From an uncultured Phycisphaeraceae bacterium (GTDB lineage: Bacteria > Planctomycetota > Phycisphaerae > UBA1845): DNA of 64,000 nucleotides. Both the position numbers and the translations under genes were made by a program. Where the stretch lies: assembly GCA_964494205.1 (NCBI GenBank), contig CAZBRD010000020.1:1-64000 (forward strand). Reading direction: 5' to 3'. Positions 36,163 through 45,836 of the stretch are shown here, one piece after another. The first letter of the stretch is position 1. The number at the start of each line of letters is the position of its first letter. The notes under the pieces are model-generated. The model worked only from the letters and a program-made list of their open reading frames with translations. It had not been told where the DNA came from and ran no database searches.

Positions 36163-38784
36163 CTACCCTTCAGCTTCCTCTTGCGCGAGATCGTTCAACG
36201 CATCGATCGCCAGATCAATGAACGTGAACACAAACGTCGGATTGTGCACACCGCGACTTCCGTCGTTCTGGCCAAGGTTCCAGTTCCAACCTGCTTTGAC
36301 GAGGCGCGGGTCGGCAAAGTTGAGGATCTCGCCAATGTCCGTGCCCGAACCGTCAATGACTTTGATGTTGTTGACGCCTAACGGTCCGATCGTGGTTTCA
36401 TCGGTAAATGTAAACGCAAGCGAAACGCGCCCGCTCCCTTCTCCCAGTTCAATGTCTTCAATCGCTGCGACATCCGTAATGGTCCCTTGATCACCAAGGC
36501 TGATCGTATTGCCATCGGAGATCACCCGCGTGATCAAGCTGAGGTAAGCATTTTCTACCAATAGCTTCAGTTGCGCCGAGCTTGCCTCGTATGCCGACTG
36601 CACCCCCTGCGAATTGAATGCCTCGCCGTGGCACTTCACGCAGATGTCCGGACTCGCATAGAAGGTGTGGTTCGTGCCGCCTTTCTGATAGGCGAGAAGA
36701 TCCGGCGGTTCGGTTCGGTTCATATGGCAGTTAACGCAGGTGTCCTCGACCAAAGAGTGCGCCCCTCGCACACCGACCGCCGCGAAGTATGCGTTCTCGC
36801 CAACGAGAACATCCGTCTGCGCCGAACCATGCGGCGAGCGACTGGCGTCGGGCGTCTGATAGTGCATGTCGAAATTGTCGTCATTGCGCAAACCTCGTCG
36901 CGTGTTGTGGCAGGTCATGCAGATCGCACCCTTGCCCGCGCCAAATACCTGGAATCCCGCGATGAGCGGCGGTGTGTCTCCGCTGATACGAACGGTCGCA
37001 TCAGTGTCGACGCCCGTGGTCGAACCATTGCTGTGTGGATCATGGCAAGTCACACAGGTCTGCGGATGTGACTCGTCAGCCGTCCATGTAACTTCTACAT
37101 TCGCCAGCGGGTCTGTGTTGGGATCATCATCCAGCAAAATCGGTAGCCACGCGAGGAAGCCGTTGGCCGTGTGACAACGTGCACAACTACCGTCGGTGCC
37201 CTCGTCTGTCGCCAGCTCGTAGTTGGCGTGCGCACTTAGCTGCCATTGCTGGAATCGTGCATGCCGCAACGGCTCACCGTGGCAGACCGCGCACGAGTCC
37301 GACGCGAGAGTAACTCGTGACCAGCCTGTCGTGTGCGCGGTGCTGTCCTGCGGTCCGTGGCAACTTTCGCATTGCACATTCGCGAGATGGGCCGTTTGCG
37401 GGAAATCGTTGATGACTGTGGTCCAGTTATCTCCTGGATTGTTCAGCAGCCCCGCTGCCAGGAAGTCCTCGAAGTCATCCGCGTCATCGAATCCGCCGTT
37501 GTTCACGTCGCGGTCATAGCCCACGCTGTGACAGCTGAAGCAGTCTTCGCCGTAATGCGTGCTCGTGTTGATGTTGTCTTTGAAGATCGCTGCATGTCCG
37601 GTCTGGCGCCATGGCGTGAAGTTGTCCGGCGCGATGTTCCCGTTGTGGCAGACCGTGCAGTCGGCCGCGAGCGGTAAGCCCTCACTGTCTTGTCCTGTGA
37701 TGACTCCTTGCCACGGGCCGGCATAAATCTCGATGACGACATTCTCGTTGCCCGGTGCGCGTGTCGTATCAATAATGACGACAGTGTATTTCCCCGAGAC
37801 ATCGGGAATGAAATAAGGATCCTGCGAAGTTGGCTCGACGAGTCGGGCCGTCGACCCCGGTGGACCGGCCAGCGCCCAACCATACTGTCCAACCACTACG
37901 TCTGTTTCGTCATTTCGTCCGTCGCCATCCTCATCGATATGATCTCGTCCATGTAGAAGCACCGGCACGCCCAGAGGCACGTTTCGGATGCCGCCTGCGG
38001 CTTTCCACGGCAGGGCTGTGTGAATTTCCGCATCCTTCGTGTAGGTGCCGCTGGAGGTCACAACCGTCGCGGTCATGGCCACCGCCGCCGCCTTCTCAAG
38101 CGCAAACGGATTCAATCCAACTACGTGGAAGCGATTGGGCAATCCTCCCGGAAACTCACCTTCTGGCAGCGGTACGTTTGGTGGCAATTCGTTGGCAGTA
38201 ATCGGCGGCTCGCGCAGGACATGAATGAGCTGACTCTTAAACAAAGTTTCGGCGGGTAGAGTAATCGTCGCTTCGGCAGATTGTCCACCACTTACCGTAA
38301 CCGAAGCGCCTTCTTTTTGCGACCACGTGGTGCTTTGGACTGTAGAACCATCGAGCGGCGTTGTCGCCAGGGTCAGCGCCACCTGCGCACCCGGTGCAGC
38401 ATCACCCTCTACCGAGATTTCAAGAGCGACGGGCGCGCTCGGAATCAAAGCGATTTCCACGGGAAAAACCTCGCTCGCTGTCACGCTCGCGGGAAGCATC
38501 TGCGATTCGAAGTGGTTCGCCGCAATCGTCAACGAATAGACTCCCAGAGGCAACTGGGCTGAAAACTCGCCGGAAGAATCACTCGTGATGGTCACTCCGC
38601 TCACTTCCGGAACCAGCGTAACGGTTGCTCCGGCGATCGGTGCTTCCGTCAGGCTGTTAGTGACCGTGCCGGCGATTGTCCCTCGCGTTGAATTGTTGCT
38701 TGGCGGTGAACTGGTGCAGCCTGCAACGAACAGCCCCAACCCAAGTCCGACCCAAACAATGAAGTGACTTCTGCTTGCATTCAT
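36163..38784 (-). CDS. large secreted multiheme (9 x CxxCH) c-type cytochrome lipoprotein with N-terminal CarboxypepD_reg/Ig-like domains
   Basis: Lipobox LFVAGCTSS. Transthyretin-like repeat (GTIAGTVTNSLTEAPIAGATVTLVP...SGEFSAQLPLGVYSL). Nine CxxCH motifs (CTVCH, CFSCH, CESCH, CAVCH, CARCH, CVTCH, CMTCH, CVNCH, CVKCH). AAGGAG RBS 8 nt before the ATG at 38784. Confidence 0.7.
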   Translation of the reverse strand: MNASRSHFIVWVGLGLGLFVAGCTSSPPSNNSTRGTIAGTVTNSLTEAPIAGATVTLVPEVSGVTITSDSSGEFSAQLPLGVYSLTIAANHFESQMLPASVTASEVFPVEIALIPSAPVALEISVEGDAAPGAQVALTLATTPLDGSTVQSTTWSQKEGASVTVSGGQSAEATITLPAETLFKSQLIHVLREPPITANELPPNVPLPEGEFPGGLPNRFHVVGLNPFALEKAAAVAMTATVVTSSGTYTKDAEIHTALPWKAAGGIRNVPLGVPVLLHGRDHIDEDGDGRNDETDVVVGQYGWALAGPPGSTARLVEPTSQDPYFIPDVSGKYTVVIIDTTRAPGNENVVIEIYAGPWQGVITGQDSEGLPLAADCTVCHNGNIAPDNFTPWRQTGHAAIFKDNINTSTHYGEDCFSCHSVGYDRDVNNGGFDDADDFEDFLAAGLLNNPGDNWTTVINDFPQTAHLANVQCESCHGPQDSTAHTTGWSRVTLASDSCAVCHGEPLRHARFQQWQLSAHANYELATDEGTDGSCARCHTANGFLAWLPILLDDDPNTDPLANVEVTWTADESHPQTCVTCHDPHSNGSTTGVDTDATVRISGDTPPLIAGFQVFGAGKGAICMTCHNTRRGLRNDDNFDMHYQTPDASRSPHGSAQTDVLVGENAYFAAVGVRGAHSLVEDTCVNCHMNRTEPPDLLAYQKGGTNHTFYASPDICVKCHGEAFNSQGVQSAYEASSAQLKLLVENAYLSLITRVISDGNTISLGDQGTITDVAAIEDIELGEGSGRVSLAFTFTDETTIGPLGVNNIKVIDGSGTDIGEILNFADPRLVKAGWNWNLGQNDGSRGVHNPTFVFTFIDLAIDALNDLAQEEAEG

Positions 38785-39066
38785 GACAAAAACTCCTTTT
38801 GGCGGCAAAGTGCTCGGCCCGACCAACACTGACTGAATTGATCCGCGCATGATACCCTGAACCTCCTTGGTCGCCAGCAATGCACCAAAGACGCAGTGCA
38901 ATTGTCATGCCACGCCTAATCGTAAGGGATAGGCAGTGGGGTTAAAGCACGATTAAGTCAACCGGGTGAGGATCTTTACTCATGAAATGGCAAACACACC
39001 GCGGTGTTGCGCGACGTGAGATCGGTTGAATGCTGAGGAGTGCTTCAGTTTTTTGAACTCAACGGA

Positions 39067-39330
39067 CTACTTTTCCTTTTCGAAGACCATCATGCGGGCC
39101 GTCTGGCCCACGAGATCGCTATGAAATCTCCAGCCTTCGGTGGCCATCTTGTTGAGGTGCTCCTCGACTTCCTCGGAATATGACTTGTCCGTTCCGGTAT
39201 GGTCCGGCCAGCTCGTGACCCGATAGCGAGCCGACGAACTTCCGCCGGGTGGCCGCTCGCGAGTTTGGGCCGCAACAAGCCCTACAATTCCAGTAATCAC
39301 GAGACAAACGAAACCAATTCGCAAACGCAT
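39067..39330 (-). CDS. small secreted protein, DUF4177-like C-terminus (tentative)
   Basis: Signal peptide MRLRIGFVCLVITGIVGLVAAQ. C-terminal EGWRFHSDLVGQTARMMVFEKE resembles DUF4177. GGGAG RBS before the ATG at 39330. Confidence 0.35.
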   Translation of the reverse strand: MRLRIGFVCLVITGIVGLVAAQTRERPPGGSSSARYRVTSWPDHTGTDKSYSEEVEEHLNKMATEGWRFHSDLVGQTARMMVFEKEK

Positions 39331-39440
39331 GGCATACTCCCATTGATGAAATTCACAGCGCGCAGGCCGACCACCGTGGCGCATTTCTAATTGTTACTCA
39401 CCGGCAAGCCTTCGGATGCAATACGATTTTGCTAACTTGT

Positions 39441-40751
39441 TTAAACGTGCTTCCCCTTGGGCGGAACCACAAGCACTTTGTCTACTCGTCGGCCGTCCAT
39501 ATCGACGACCTCAAATCGCAACCCGTTCCACATGAACGAGTCAGCCATCGATGGAATCCGCCCGAGGTGTGTCACCATGAACCCACCGACCGTGTGATAG
39601 TAGCCTTCGTCCTCGCCCGGCAATTCATCAAGATGGAACATTCTTTTCAGATCCTCGATCGGAAGCGTTCCATCCAGCAGCCATGAGCCGTCCTTTCGAC
39701 GCACGGCCGGATCTTCTACCCTCTCGCCGGTAGAAGGAATATCGCCGACAATAGACTCTAGTACGTCCGTGACCGTGACAAGCCCATCCACCGTACCGTA
39801 TTCGTCGGTGACGATTGCGATATGCCGCCCGGTCTGCTTAAAAAACTCCAGAAGCTTAAGCGCCGACATGCTCGGCGGAACAAACAAAGGCGGCAGAAGT
39901 ATTTCCGTCAGTTTCGGCGGCTCGCCCGACTGCATCCGCTGCAGCACGTCCTTTAGCGAGAGCATTCCCAGGATCGTTTGCAAGTCTTCTCGACAAACAG
40001 GGAAATAAGAATGCCGGCTCGTCGAAATAATCTTCCAGTTCTCTTCGAATGTAGCATCGGCGTCGATCCACACGATGTTGTTTCTCGGCGTCATCAAAGA
40101 GGCCACCCGCCGTTCATCGAGGTGGAATACACGCTCCAGCATTCGATGCTCGGTTTCCTCGACCGTGCCTGCTTTCTTGCCTTGATCGATGAGGATTTGG
40201 ATTTCTTCCACCGTCACGGGCGACTCAGCGCCGGGTTGCACTCGCAGAATCATGAGGACCCATTTTGCGCACACTTCAAGAATGGCCAGGGCGGGACTCG
40301 CTAATTTGGACAACAGCAACATGGGTTTCGCAATACGCGTTGCAATCTGTTCCGATCGCGCCAGCCCAAGTTGCTTCGGAACCAATTCGCCGAGAAGCAA
40401 TGATAGAAAAGTCAGCACGACAACCACGAACGTCAAAGCGATCGGTTCGCCATATCCGGTGAATACTGGAATCTTTTCGAGCGGAATGGCCAGCTTTTCT
40501 GCGATGGTCGCGCCGGAAAACGCAGCTGCGATGATTCCAACCAGCGTGATACCGATCTGCACCGTCGAAAGGAAACGAACAGGCGATTCGACCAGTTTGA
40601 GCGCGACCGCTGCGTTGCTGTCACCTTCCTCTGCAAGCTGCTGCAACCTCGCTCGTCGTGTGGCGAACATGGCGATTTCCGACATCGCGAAAATGCCGTT
40701 GAGCAGCAGGAGTACGAATATGATGCCGATTTCAAAGAATAGTTGCGCCAT
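39441..40751 (-). CDS. HlyC/CorC (CNNM) family transporter: DUF21, CBS pair, CorC_HlyC
   Basis: 436 aa. N-terminal 4-TM DUF21 (LLLNGIFAMSEIA), tandem CBS domains, C-terminal transporter-associated domain. Confidence 0.8.
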   Translation of the reverse strand: MAQLFFEIGIIFVLLLLNGIFAMSEIAMFATRRARLQQLAEEGDSNAAVALKLVESPVRFLSTVQIGITLVGIIAAAFSGATIAEKLAIPLEKIPVFTGYGEPIALTFVVVVLTFLSLLLGELVPKQLGLARSEQIATRIAKPMLLLSKLASPALAILEVCAKWVLMILRVQPGAESPVTVEEIQILIDQGKKAGTVEETEHRMLERVFHLDERRVASLMTPRNNIVWIDADATFEENWKIISTSRHSYFPVCREDLQTILGMLSLKDVLQRMQSGEPPKLTEILLPPLFVPPSMSALKLLEFFKQTGRHIAIVTDEYGTVDGLVTVTDVLESIVGDIPSTGERVEDPAVRRKDGSWLLDGTLPIEDLKRMFHLDELPGEDEGYYHTVGGFMVTHLGRIPSMADSFMWNGLRFEVVDMDGRRVDKVLVVPPKGKHV

Positions 40752-40909
40752 CGACTGCTCCCGTTCGAGGCTCGCCGGTTGTAGACACGATATGTCTCTT
40801 CTCGACCGGCCTCGCGGTTGTTATGGTAGCGTGTCGAATCAGGATTTCACCCGTTCCAGTGAATTGGTCATGAGTTCAGAATGTGTGGACAGTCAGGGAG
40901 GATGCCCAC

Positions 40910-41692
40910 GTGAGCGATGAATCCGCATTCGTGCGCCATGAACCGCCCAAGAAAAGCCGCGTATGGGCGACGATCAAGGCATTGACTCGAACGCGAATCA
41001 CAGCCGGACTTATCACCGTCCTGCCGGTCTACATCACCATTAAGGTCCTTCAATTCGTCTTTCGATTACTGCGCGATTCTTCGAACTGGGTCGTCTACGG
41101 TGTTCTCAAACGCGATTGGACCATCGGCGACATGCACTGGGGCGGCTTCACCGACGCCGAGCTTCAGAATCCTGCGCTGCAATGGGGATTGGCCATCTTT
41201 TCCGTCTTTCTGACGGCCTTTATTTTGTACGGCATCGGCGTCTTCACGGCCAACATCATCGGTCGAAGACTCATCATGTTGTTTGAAACATTTGTAGATA
41301 CTGTGCCTCTGGCGCACACTGTTTATCATGCCTGCAAGAAAATCCTGGTGAGCCTGGCCGGCTCAACGACGACATCGTTTCAACGTGTTGCCTTGGTTCC
41401 CTACCCCTCACGCGAAACTCGCTCCATCGGCTTTATTACCTCAGCGCCGATCGATTCGGCCTCCGGTGACGACCTAGTTTCGGTTTTCGTCCCGACAACG
41501 CCTAACCCGACAGGCGGGTTTGTGTTTGTCACGCGGCGATCAGAGGTGATCGAACTCGATTGGAGTGTAGAAGACGCCTTGAAAGTCATCATCTCCTGCG
41601 GAATTCTGATGCCGAATCAGGTGCATTGGCCACAATCGAAACTGGATCCGACGCAATCGAAAACGCACGACACCAAGTCGATATTAGCATGA
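40910..41692 (+). CDS. DUF502 domain membrane protein
   Basis: GLITVLPVYITIKVLQFVF; RSIGFITSAPIDSASGDDLVSVFVPTTPNPTGGFVFVTRRSEVIELDWSVEDALKVIISCG matches the DUF502 consensus (VPTTPNPTSGF...V..MS.E.A.K.IIS.G). AGGGAGGA RBS 7 nt before GTG 40910. Confidence 0.7.
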   Translation: MSDESAFVRHEPPKKSRVWATIKALTRTRITAGLITVLPVYITIKVLQFVFRLLRDSSNWVVYGVLKRDWTIGDMHWGGFTDAELQNPALQWGLAIFSVFLTAFILYGIGVFTANIIGRRLIMLFETFVDTVPLAHTVYHACKKILVSLAGSTTTSFQRVALVPYPSRETRSIGFITSAPIDSASGDDLVSVFVPTTPNPTGGFVFVTRRSEVIELDWSVEDALKVIISCGILMPNQVHWPQSKLDPTQSKTHDTKSILA

Positions 41693-41861
41693 GCTATGCA
41701 AAAACGGCTGCTGGTGCGGCTATCTATAATGGCATTTCCCCAAACAAATCCGGTTGGCGGCTCCACGGTCAGCCGATAGATTAGCCTGTCTATCTTTGCG
41801 AGCTATTTCTGCCGGGTCGTCGCAGGGAGCTCGAAGTTTCACCCCTCATGGGAGTCGCTCG

Positions 41862-43667
41862 ATGAGTTGGGAGCTGTGGGCGAGCCTCACCTGGCAGGCG
41901 TGGTTAACGATCGGGATCGTGGTCACGATCTTGGTCGCTCTCACGCTGACCGATTTTCCCACCGACCTGGTGTTGGTGGGAGGAACCTCTGCACTCCTAC
42001 TTTCTGGAATTCTCACGGCCAAAGAAGCCTTCGCCGGTTTGTCCAACGAGAGCATCATGACGATCGCCGTTTTGTACGTCGTCGTCGCGGGCTTGGAGGC
42101 AACAGGTGCAAACGTCCTGATCACCGAAAAATTCCTCAGTCGCCCAAAAACGACGACCGGTGCGCTCGCGAAAATGATGTTCCCCGTGACGTTCATCAGC
42201 GCGTTTATGAACAACACGCCCGTGGTGGCCATGTTCATGCCTGCCGTTAACGACTGGGCGAAGAAATACAACATCCCGGCCTCGAAACTCATGATTCCGC
42301 TGAGCTATGCGGCCGTGCTCAGCGGAACGATTACAATCATCTCTACTTCCACGAACCTGCTCGCAGACGGAATGCTTCGCCAGGCCAAAGGCCACGGCAT
42401 GCACATGTTTGAACTAACGTGGATCAGCGTCCCAATCACAATTGGCGGCGTCCTGTTCGTCGTCTTATTTCATCGCTGGCTGCTCCCTGAGCGCCGTTCC
42501 GTCAGCGAGACCTTTGGCGATCCGCGACAGTACACAATCGAGATGATGGTGGAACTCAACGGGCCGATGGTGGGTAAGACGATTGAAGGCGCCGGCCTAC
42601 GTCAGCTTCCGCAGTGCTACCTCGCGGAGATCGAGCGTGACGGCGAAATCCTCGTTGCCGTCGCGCCGATGGAAAAGTTGCGCGCGAATGATCGTCTCAT
42701 CTTCGTCGGCGTCGTTGATGCGATGCTCGACCTTCAGAAGATGCGCGGCCTTACGCCGGCTACCGATCAAGTTTTCAAATTGAACGCCCCACGTTCCAAA
42801 CGTTGTCTCATCGAAGCCGTCATCGCAGGTGATAGCCCGCTCGTCGGTCAATCGGTCCGTGCAGCACGTTTTCGCTCCGTCTACAATGCTGCGGTGCTCG
42901 CCGTCGCCCGCCGTGGCGAGCGTATCGAGCGCAAGATCGGCGACATCGTTCTCGCGGGCGGGGATACCCTGCTTCTCGAGGCCCACTTGGACTTCGCTCA
43001 AAAGCACCGCAACTCGCGACACTTTTATCTCGTGAGCCAGGTTGAAGACTCGATACCGATTCGCCACGATCGTGCCTTTCTCGCACTCGTGATCTTGGTC
43101 GGCATGATTGCACTCGCCAGCTTTGAGGTCATGTCAATGCTCAAAGCAGCCATGTTGGCGTCGGGCATCATGCTGGCTACGCGTTGTTGCACGGCGCATC
43201 ACGCGCGCCGCAGTGTCGAATGGAAGATCATCATTTCAGTCGCCGCCGCGTTTTCATTAGGGGCCGCCGTGGAAAAAACAGGAGTGGCACGCGCCTTGGC
43301 GACTACGCTCACCTCCGCGGCAGGCGGTAGTCCATGGTGGAGCCTCGTCGCGATTTATGGCTGCACGCTCCTCTTGACGGAAATCGTATCTCACAGCGCC
43401 GCGGTATCGCTCGTTTTCCCCATTACACTGCAAACCGCGACCAATCTGGACATGAATTACATGCCTTTCGTTGCGGCTGTTACGGTGGCCGGTTCACTCG
43501 GCTTCGCAACCCCGCTCGGCTATCAAACTCACATGATGGTTTACGGTGCGGGTGGTTACCGTTTCTCCGATTTCTTGCGAATTGGAATTCCCATGGATAT
43601 TCTAACGGGCACGATTGCGGTCCTGATGATCGCCAGTTTGTATTCCATTCCCATCGGCGCGATGTGA
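41862..43667 (+). CDS. SLC13/DASS-family permease with two internal TrkA-C (RCK_C) domains
   Basis: N- and C-terminal CitT-like transmembrane halves flank two approximately 80-aa TrkA_C-like domains (residues about 230-400 of the ORF). GGAG RBS before the ATG at 41862. Confidence 0.75.
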   Translation: MSWELWASLTWQAWLTIGIVVTILVALTLTDFPTDLVLVGGTSALLLSGILTAKEAFAGLSNESIMTIAVLYVVVAGLEATGANVLITEKFLSRPKTTTGALAKMMFPVTFISAFMNNTPVVAMFMPAVNDWAKKYNIPASKLMIPLSYAAVLSGTITIISTSTNLLADGMLRQAKGHGMHMFELTWISVPITIGGVLFVVLFHRWLLPERRSVSETFGDPRQYTIEMMVELNGPMVGKTIEGAGLRQLPQCYLAEIERDGEILVAVAPMEKLRANDRLIFVGVVDAMLDLQKMRGLTPATDQVFKLNAPRSKRCLIEAVIAGDSPLVGQSVRAARFRSVYNAAVLAVARRGERIERKIGDIVLAGGDTLLLEAHLDFAQKHRNSRHFYLVSQVEDSIPIRHDRAFLALVILVGMIALASFEVMSMLKAAMLASGIMLATRCCTAHHARRSVEWKIIISVAAAFSLGAAVEKTGVARALATTLTSAAGGSPWWSLVAIYGCTLLLTEIVSHSAAVSLVFPITLQTATNLDMNYMPFVAAVTVAGSLGFATPLGYQTHMMVYGAGGYRFSDFLRIGIPMDILTGTIAVLMIASLYSIPIGAM

Positions 43668-43743
43668 ATGGCGGCAACTTGTAAGCGAGATCACGCGCCA
43701 GGTTGCGGCAAACCGATTCGACTCCGCCTCTGCGAACTCAACT

Positions 43744-45795
43744 ATGACGCAAAAAATTCCCTCCGAGGCTGAGCAGCTATTACTCTCGCAAAGCGTAAGG
43801 AAGCCGCCCAGGGGTCTTTGGGAGCGTATTCGCGAAACCCTGATGGGTCCGCGTCGCAACGTGTTTGACCCCAATCTCGGCCATAAGCTGTCGCTGGTCG
43901 CGTTTCTTGCATGGGTGGGCTTGGGGGCCGACGGACTTTCATCGTCCGCCTATGGTCCGGCTGAAGCGTACCACGCGCTCGGCGAACATCGCTACCTGGC
44001 GCTTTTCTTAGCCTTGGCGTCAGCGCTCACGGTGTTCATCATTTCCTACAGCTACTCAAGAATCATTGAGCAGTTTCCAACGGGCGGCGGCGGTTACTTG
44101 GTCACGACCAAATCGCTTGGTGCGGTTCCAGGAGCGATTTCCGGGTGCGCCCTGCTGGTCGATTATGTTCTTACGATCACTGTTTCGATTGCCGCAGGCG
44201 GTGATGCGGTGTTCAGTTTGTTACCAAGCAATTGGCATGATTACAAGCTTCCCGCCGAGTTCGCAGCGGTCATATTCCTGATCGTGATGAACCTGCGCGG
44301 TGTCAAGGAATCCGTCACCGCTTTAATACCGATTTTCCTCATCTTCGTCGTCTCGCACATCATTCTTATTCTGTGGGGAGTTTTTGGGCATTTTTCATAC
44401 ATAAGGGAAGTCGCGGGATCTGTTTCAACTGGTTTCAATCGCGACATGGCCACGATCGGCTTCTGGGGCATTTTTGCTGTGTTCATGAAGGCCTACTCGA
44501 TGGGGGCGGGAACCTACACGGGAATTGAAGCCGTAGCCAACGGCGTCGGAATTCTGCGAGAGCCGCGCATCGAAACCGGTAAGCGAACTATGGTCTATAT
44601 GGCTACCTCGCTTGCTTTCACGGCCGCAGGATTAATGGTCTGCTACATGCTTTGGCACGTCGAACCTCAGGAAGGGCAGACATTGAATGCGGTGTTGGCC
44701 AACTCGATTGCAGATACCTTCAAACCGGCGGGCATCCCAATCGGACATGCTTTCGCACTGGTTGTCATCATATCGGAGGCTGTGCTCCTCTTCGTCGCGG
44801 CGCAGACGGGTTTTATCGACGGGCCGCGCGTGATGGCCAGCATGGCCGCTGATGCGTGGCTTCCGAGGAAATTCTCGGCGCTCTCGGATCGGCTCACGAT
44901 GCAGAACGGTGTCATACTGATGGGCGGGGCAGCTCTGGCGTTATTGTTCTACACCAAAGGCATAGTGGTTCTGCTCGTCATCATGTACAGCATCAACGTG
45001 TTTATCACTTTCTCCCTCGCCCAGCTGAGCATGGTTCGATTTCGTTGGCGTGCCGAAAAAACCGAGCCGCATCGTATCAAGAACCTCATCATTCACTCCG
45101 TGGGGTTTGTGCTTTGTTTTCTGATTCTCTGCGTCATGATGGTAGAGAAGATCAGTCACGGCGGCTGGGTCACGCTGGTGATCACCTTCGGTTTGCTGGC
45201 TTTCTGTGCCTGGATTCACCGGCACTACGACAGTGTCACTCGCTCGGTCAAGGCCATCGACAAGACCTTCGCCAGCCTCCCTAGCTTGCTCCAAGCTCCG
45301 AAGAACATACCGGAGTACGACCCATCGAAACCAACGGCAGCCATCCTAGTCGGCGGATACGGGGGGTTGGGGATTCACTTGCTTCTGAACGTTGTGCGAC
45401 TCTTCCCCGACACATTTCACAACTTCCACTTTCTTTCAGTCGGTGCGATTGACTCTAAGTTTTTCACAGGCGATGACCAGATTCAATCACTCAGCGCAAA
45501 CACCAAAGCCATGATGGAAAAATATGTCGAGCTTGCCCATAAAATGGGTCGGCCGGCTCGATACACGTTTCGCATCGGTACAGACGTAGTGGAAGAGGCG
45601 TCGGAAATCTGCGCGGAAATCGCAACGCAATGTTCCAAACCGGTCTACTTCGCCGGCACGCTCGTCTTTGATCGCCCGCGCTGGTATCAACGCTGGCTGC
45701 ACAACGAGACCGCCTACGCCATCCAGCGTCGCCTACGTTTCCAGGGGTTGGCGATCCTCATACTTCCGTTGCCGCTCACTGAATCCAAGCCATAA
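43744..45795 (+). CDS. APC-superfamily permease with approximately 200-aa cytoplasmic C-terminal domain (KimA-like architecture)
   Basis: 12 predicted TM helices with APC signature (GGGGYLVTTKSLGAVPGAISGCALLVDYVLTITVSIA), plus a soluble C-terminal domain. A role in K+ uptake is inference from architecture only. Confidence 0.6.
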   Translation: MTQKIPSEAEQLLLSQSVRKPPRGLWERIRETLMGPRRNVFDPNLGHKLSLVAFLAWVGLGADGLSSSAYGPAEAYHALGEHRYLALFLALASALTVFIISYSYSRIIEQFPTGGGGYLVTTKSLGAVPGAISGCALLVDYVLTITVSIAAGGDAVFSLLPSNWHDYKLPAEFAAVIFLIVMNLRGVKESVTALIPIFLIFVVSHIILILWGVFGHFSYIREVAGSVSTGFNRDMATIGFWGIFAVFMKAYSMGAGTYTGIEAVANGVGILREPRIETGKRTMVYMATSLAFTAAGLMVCYMLWHVEPQEGQTLNAVLANSIADTFKPAGIPIGHAFALVVIISEAVLLFVAAQTGFIDGPRVMASMAADAWLPRKFSALSDRLTMQNGVILMGGAALALLFYTKGIVVLLVIMYSINVFITFSLAQLSMVRFRWRAEKTEPHRIKNLIIHSVGFVLCFLILCVMMVEKISHGGWVTLVITFGLLAFCAWIHRHYDSVTRSVKAIDKTFASLPSLLQAPKNIPEYDPSKPTAAILVGGYGGLGIHLLLNVVRLFPDTFHNFHFLSVGAIDSKFFTGDDQIQSLSANTKAMMEKYVELAHKMGRPARYTFRIGTDVVEEASEICAEIATQCSKPVYFAGTLVFDRPRWYQRWLHNETAYAIQRRLRFQGLAILILPLPLTESKP

Positions 45796-45836
45796 CATTG
45801 GTGGACGATGCCGAGTTCAACGGCTATATCACTGTC

